Both the position numbers and the translations under genes were made by a program. Below, one piece after another: positions 59,893 to 64,000 of a stretch of DNA of 64,000 bases. The DNA is from an uncultured Gemmatimonadales bacterium (GTDB taxonomy: Bacteria > Gemmatimonadota > Gemmatimonadetes > Longimicrobiales > Longimicrobiaceae), in the NCBI GenBank assembly GCA_963716255.1, contig OY970303.1, positions 5,472,001 to 5,536,000 of the forward strand, written 5' to 3'. Below the pieces are notes generated by a model, which did no database searches, had not been told where the DNA came from, and was given only the letters and a program-made list of their open reading frames with translations. Numbering within the stretch: the first letter of the stretch is position 1; each line of letters begins with the position of its first letter.

Positions 59893-61179
59893 ATGCGCGT
59901 AGCCGTCGCCAGCTGGAGCCGGCGCGCGCTGGGCGGGGCGGAGGGGTACATCGGCGCGGTGCTCCCGGGGCTGGCGGAGATGGGGCACGATGTGGCGCTG
60001 TGGAGCGAGCTGGACCAGCCGCTGGACCGCGAGCGGATCCCGCTGCCGGAAGGGACGCCGGAGTGGTGCGCGGCGGAGATGGGGATGGGGAGCGCGCTCG
60101 CCGCCCTGCGCCGCTGGCGCCCCGACGTGGTGTACGTGCACATCACCACCGGGCCGGCGACGGAGGCGGCGCTGCTGGAGGTGGCGCCGGCGGTGCTCTT
60201 CGCGCACGGCTACTTCGGCACCTGCGTGAGCGGCGAGAAGACGCACAAGGCGCCCGTCCCCCGGCCGTGCGGGCGGCCGCTGGGCCCGGGGTGCCTGGCG
60301 CACTACTACCCGCACCGCTGCGGCGGGCTCAGCCCGCTGACCATGCTGCGGGACTTTCGCCGCAACCTGCGCCGGAGGGAGCTGCTGACGGCGTACCGCG
60401 CCGTGGTGACCAACTCGCGCCACATGCGCGCCGAGTACGTCGCCAACGGCTGCGACCCGGAGCGGACGCACGTGGCGCCGCTCCCCGCCGCCGGGCCGCC
60501 CGCCGGGCGTGACGCCCCCGCCGCTGGCTCGTCTTTGTCGCCGGACGGGGCGGCGAGGCTGCTGTTCGTGGGGCGGATGGACCTGCTCAAGGGCGGGCGC
60601 ACGCTGGTGGAGGCGCTCCCCGCGGTCCACGCCGGGCTGGCGAGGCCGGTGCACGCCGTCCTCGCCGGCGAGGGCCCGGACCGCGCCGAGTGGGAGCGGC
60701 GCGCGGCGGACGCGCGGGCCCGCTGCGCCGGGGTGACCACGGAGTTCGTCGGGTGGCGGCGCGGCGCCGAGCTGGAAGCGCTGTGGGACGCCGCCGACCT
60801 GCTGGTGGTCCCCAGCGTGTGGCCGGAGCCCTTCGGGATGGTGGGGCCCGAGGGGGGCCTGCGCGGCGTTCCCGCCGCCGCCTTCGCCGTGGGGGGGATC
60901 CCCGACTGGCTGGAGGACGGCGTGAACGGCCGCCTCGCCCCGGCCGATCCGCCCACCGCCGCGGGGCTCGCCGACGCCGTCGTCGCTTGCCTGCGCGACC
61001 CCGCCGGGCACGCGCGCCTCCGCGAGGGGGCGCTGCGGCTGGCGCGGAGGTTCAGCCGGGAGGCGCACCTCGCCGCGCTCCTCCCCGTCCTGGAGGAAGC
61101 CGCCCGCGGCGGCCGGGACAGCATCCGGGGATCCGCGAGCGCGGTCCCGACGAGAGAGCACACAGCGTCCGATCCATGA
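59893..61179 (+). CDS. Glycosyltransferase family 4
   Basis: GGAEGY, VGRMDLLKG, PSVWPEPFGMVG. Confidence 0.9.
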   Translation: MRVAVASWSRRALGGAEGYIGAVLPGLAEMGHDVALWSELDQPLDRERIPLPEGTPEWCAAEMGMGSALAALRRWRPDVVYVHITTGPATEAALLEVAPAVLFAHGYFGTCVSGEKTHKAPVPRPCGRPLGPGCLAHYYPHRCGGLSPLTMLRDFRRNLRRRELLTAYRAVVTNSRHMRAEYVANGCDPERTHVAPLPAAGPPAGRDAPAAGSSLSPDGAARLLFVGRMDLLKGGRTLVEALPAVHAGLARPVHAVLAGEGPDRAEWERRAADARARCAGVTTEFVGWRRGAELEALWDAADLLVVPSVWPEPFGMVGPEGGLRGVPAAAFAVGGIPDWLEDGVNGRLAPADPPTAAGLADAVVACLRDPAGHARLREGALRLARRFSREAHLAALLPVLEEAARGGRDSIRGSASAVPTREHTASDP

Positions 61180-61982
61180 TCCGTGAAGCCGTAATCGACG
61201 TCCTGCGACCGTACCACTTCCGCGGCAAGCTCCGGCTCCTGGCCGGGGTCGCGCCCAGCCGCGGCGAGCGGGACGCCGAGGTGTTCGGCTACCGGGTCAG
61301 GCTCGACCTGGGCGAGGCCATCCAGCGCTGGATCTACCTGGGCGCCTTCGAGCCGCAGGAGACCGCCCTGGTGCGCGGCTGGCTGAAGCCGGGGATGACC
61401 TTCGTGGACGTGGGCGCCAACGTGGGGTACTTCAGCCTGCTCGCCGCCTCGCTGGTGGGCGAGCGGGGGCGCGTGTTCGCGCTGGAGCCCAGCCCGTACG
61501 CCCACGCGCGGGTCGAGGCGACGCTGCGCGCCAACCGCATGCCGCAGGTGCGCGCCTTCCAGATGGGGCTGAGCGCCGAGCCCGGCGAGCTGACGCTGTA
61601 CCTGCCGCCCGAGGCCGCCCGCTTCCACTCCCCCACCATGAGCGCGAGCTCCGGGGGCGACCCCGTGGCCGTGCCCGTCCGCCGCCTGGACGACGCGCTG
61701 GACGAGTGGGGCGTGGACACGGTGGACCTCATCAAGGTGGACGTGGAGGGGCACGAGCCCTTCGTCTTCGAGGGCGCGTCGCGGGTCCTGCGGAGCGGGC
61801 GCATCCGCGCCGTGCTGGTGGAGTTCAACGACTTCTGGCTGCGGCAGCAGGGCGGCACCCCGGAGGCGCTGTACCGCACCCTGCTGGAGGCCGGGTTCGT
61901 GGACACCGGCGGCGAGGCGGAGTTCGCGCCGGAGTGCGTCGTCACCCGCTTCCTCGTGCACCGCGCCGCCGGCGCGGCCTGA
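61176..61982 (+). CDS. FkbM family methyltransferase
   Basis: FVDVGANVGYF, ALEPSP, LIKVDVEGHE. Confidence 0.9.
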   Translation: MIREAVIDVLRPYHFRGKLRLLAGVAPSRGERDAEVFGYRVRLDLGEAIQRWIYLGAFEPQETALVRGWLKPGMTFVDVGANVGYFSLLAASLVGERGRVFALEPSPYAHARVEATLRANRMPQVRAFQMGLSAEPGELTLYLPPEAARFHSPTMSASSGGDPVAVPVRRLDDALDEWGVDTVDLIKVDVEGHEPFVFEGASRVLRSGRIRAVLVEFNDFWLRQQGGTPEALYRTLLEAGFVDTGGEAEFAPECVVTRFLVHRAAGAA

Positions 61983-62008
61983 GCATCCGTCACCCTTCGC
62001 CCCCGAGC

Positions 62009-62782
62009 ATGTCGCACACGATCCGGGTCCACCTCGACCGGCCCAACGAGGAGCAGCAGGCGGAGGACGACTTCTTCCGGTCGTCCGAGGACGAGCGCGC
62101 CTCCGCCGACCTGTACCGCTCCCTGCTGTACGTGGGCAAGGCGCAGTCGCTGCTGACCTTCGACGACATGGTGAAGCGCTTCGGGCTGAGCTTCCGCGGC
62201 TCGGTGCTGGAGCTGGGCGGCGGCTACGGCTACCTGAGCTCGTACGTCAAGAAGCGCTGCCCGGAGTGCCGGGTGGTCTTTTCCGACGTGTCGCGCGAGG
62301 CGGTGGAGAAGAGCGGCCAGTACGAGGACTTCTTCGGGGTGTCGCTGGACGAGAAGTGGGTCACCGGCGCCGAGGCGACGCCGTTCCCGGACGCCGGCTT
62401 CGACCGCGTCATGTTCTTCGCCAGCTTCCACCACACCCAGGACCCGCAGGCCGCGGTCCGCGAGTGCGCGCGCATCCTGCGCCCCGGCGGCGAGCTGTAC
62501 CTCCTCTTCGAGCCGTCCTGCCCCGGCTACCTCAAGCCGCTGTACGACTTCCACGTGCGGCGCGACGAGGTCAAGGAGAACTACTACTCCGTGGGCGAGT
62601 ACCGCCGCTTCTTCCGGAGCGCCGGGCTGGGCTTCCGGCAGCACAACTACCGCGGCTTCCTGTACCGCCGCTCGGAGCGGGCCATGCTCTACTACGCCGC
62701 GCTGAGCCTGCTGCCCGGGTTCGCGGTGAACGCGTTCCCGTGCAGCCAGGTCATCGTCGGGAGCAAGCCCGGCGCGGCATGA
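62009..62782 (+). CDS. Class I SAM-dependent methyltransferase
   Basis: VLELGGGYG, SDVS, PFPDAGFD, SFHH, RILRPGG. Confidence 0.85.
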   Translation: MSHTIRVHLDRPNEEQQAEDDFFRSSEDERASADLYRSLLYVGKAQSLLTFDDMVKRFGLSFRGSVLELGGGYGYLSSYVKKRCPECRVVFSDVSREAVEKSGQYEDFFGVSLDEKWVTGAEATPFPDAGFDRVMFFASFHHTQDPQAAVRECARILRPGGELYLLFEPSCPGYLKPLYDFHVRRDEVKENYYSVGEYRRFFRSAGLGFRQHNYRGFLYRRSERAMLYYAALSLLPGFAVNAFPCSQVIVGSKPGAA

Positions 62783-64000
62783 GCGTACCCGGCGGGGTGC
62801 CCGCGGGGCAGGCGCGGCCTCCCCTCGCCGCCGGGAGCGGCGAGCTCCGGGTGGCACCCGTGCCGCGGGCTTCCGCGGGGCGGGGCGCCGCCGACGCCGC
62901 GGCCCACCCCGCGGCCGCGCCGCGCGTGGCCGTGGTGTGCGACCTGCTGGAGGAGCGCTGGCCCAGCATGGACCTGGTGGCCGACATGCTCCTGCGCACG
63001 CTGGGCGAGATGGAGGCGCCGGGCGTGACCGCGGTGCGCGTGCGGCCGTCCATGCGCCGCAGGTTCACGAGCGAGCCGGCGCCGGGGAGCGGCGCGGACG
63101 CCTACGAGCGGCGGCTGCGGGTCAACCTGGACCGCGGGCTGAACCGCTTCTGGGACTACCCGCGCCTGCTGCGCCGCCGCCGGGGCGAGTTCGACGTCTT
63201 CCACGTGGTGGACCACGCCTACGGGCAGCTCGTGCACCGGCTGCCGTCGGAGCGCACGGTGGTCACCTGCCACGACCTGCACACCTTCCAGTGCCTGCTG
63301 GAGCCCGGCCGCGCGCCGCGCTCGGCCATGTTCCGGGCGATGACCGGCTACGTGCTGCGCGGCCTGGGGCGCGCCGGCCGGGTGGTGTTCGACACCGCAG
63401 CCGTGCGCGACGAGGCCGTGGGACGCGGGCTGGTGGCGCCGGAGCGGGCGAGCGTGGCGCACCTGGGCGTGGACCCCGCCTGCTCGCCGCACCCGGACGC
63501 GGCCGCGGACCGCGCCGCCGCCGCGCTCCTCGGCCCCGCGCACGCCGGCGCCCCCGAGGTGCTGCACGTGGGCGGGACCTTCGCGCGCAAGCGCATCGAC
63601 CTGCTCCTGCGCATCTTCGCCGAGGTGCGGCGTACGGTGCCGGGAGCGCGGCTGGTGCGGGTGGGCGGCCCCTTTTCCGATGAGCAGGCGCGGTTGGCGA
63701 ACGAGCTGGGGGTCGCGGACGCCGTCGCCGTGCTCCCCTTCCTGGACAAGGCGGTGCTCGCCGCCGTCTACCGGCGCGCGGCGCTCGTGGTGCTCCCCTC
63801 CGAGGAGGAGGGGTTCGGGCTCCCGGTGATCGAGGCGATGACCTGCGGCACCCCGGTGGTCGCCAGCGACCTCCCGGTGCTGCGCGAGGTGGGCGGCGCG
63901 GCCGCCACCTTCGTCGCCACCGGCGACGTGGCGGCGTGGGGGGCCACGGTCGCGCGGCAGCTCGCCGAGCCCGCGCGCGACCCCGAGCGGTGGGAGGCGC
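62779..64000 (+). CDS. Glycosyltransferase family 4 (3' truncated by window)
   Basis: ATG overlaps the upstream stop; open frame with EERWPSMD, RKRIDLL, PSEEEGFGLPVIEAMTCG. Confidence 0.85.
   Translation, partial: MSVPGGVPAGQARPPLAAGSGELRVAPVPRASAGRGAADAAAHPAAAPRVAVVCDLLEERWPSMDLVADMLLRTLGEMEAPGVTAVRVRPSMRRRFTSEPAPGSGADAYERRLRVNLDRGLNRFWDYPRLLRRRRGEFDVFHVVDHAYGQLVHRLPSERTVVTCHDLHTFQCLLEPGRAPRSAMFRAMTGYVLRGLGRAGRVVFDTAAVRDEAVGRGLVAPERASVAHLGVDPACSPHPDAAADRAAAALLGPAHAGAPEVLHVGGTFARKRIDLLLRIFAEVRRTVPGARLVRVGGPFSDEQARLANELGVADAVAVLPFLDKAVLAAVYRRAALVVLPSEEEGFGLPVIEAMTCGTPVVASDLPVLREVGGAAATFVATGDVAAWGATVARQLAEPARDPERWEA

Overview
GC-rich bacterial chromosomal window. The RpoA and ribosomal protein sequences and the gene content suggest Gemmatimonadota (Longimicrobium-like); this is inference only. 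Bases 1-9.7 kb hold the distal spc and alpha ribosomal protein operons (rplN' to rplQ, with secY and adk but no map or infA), followed by rpmB on the minus strand. Bases 10.3-64 kb are one very large surface-polysaccharide region. It carries gmd, an Rmd-like reductase, fcl, rfbD, a UDP-HexNAc dehydrogenase, two priming transferases, Wza, a Wzc-like protein, Wzx, two Wzy-like proteins, Wzm/Wzt, three Wzi-like outer-membrane proteins, about 17 glycosyltransferases and five methyltransferases. The tetrapyrrole genes cobA-hemD and hemB are embedded in the first operon. The most unusual signal is a ~130-bp intergenic element present in 7 copies. It has a multi-branched fold with strong compensatory covariation, including a fixed-length 7-bp stem with 6 different sequences that are all perfectly paired. 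Three copies sit next to a second, REP-like palindrome family, and two same-orientation pairs bracket oppositely oriented gene modules. No transposase, integrase, CRISPR array, tRNA or rRNA was seen.
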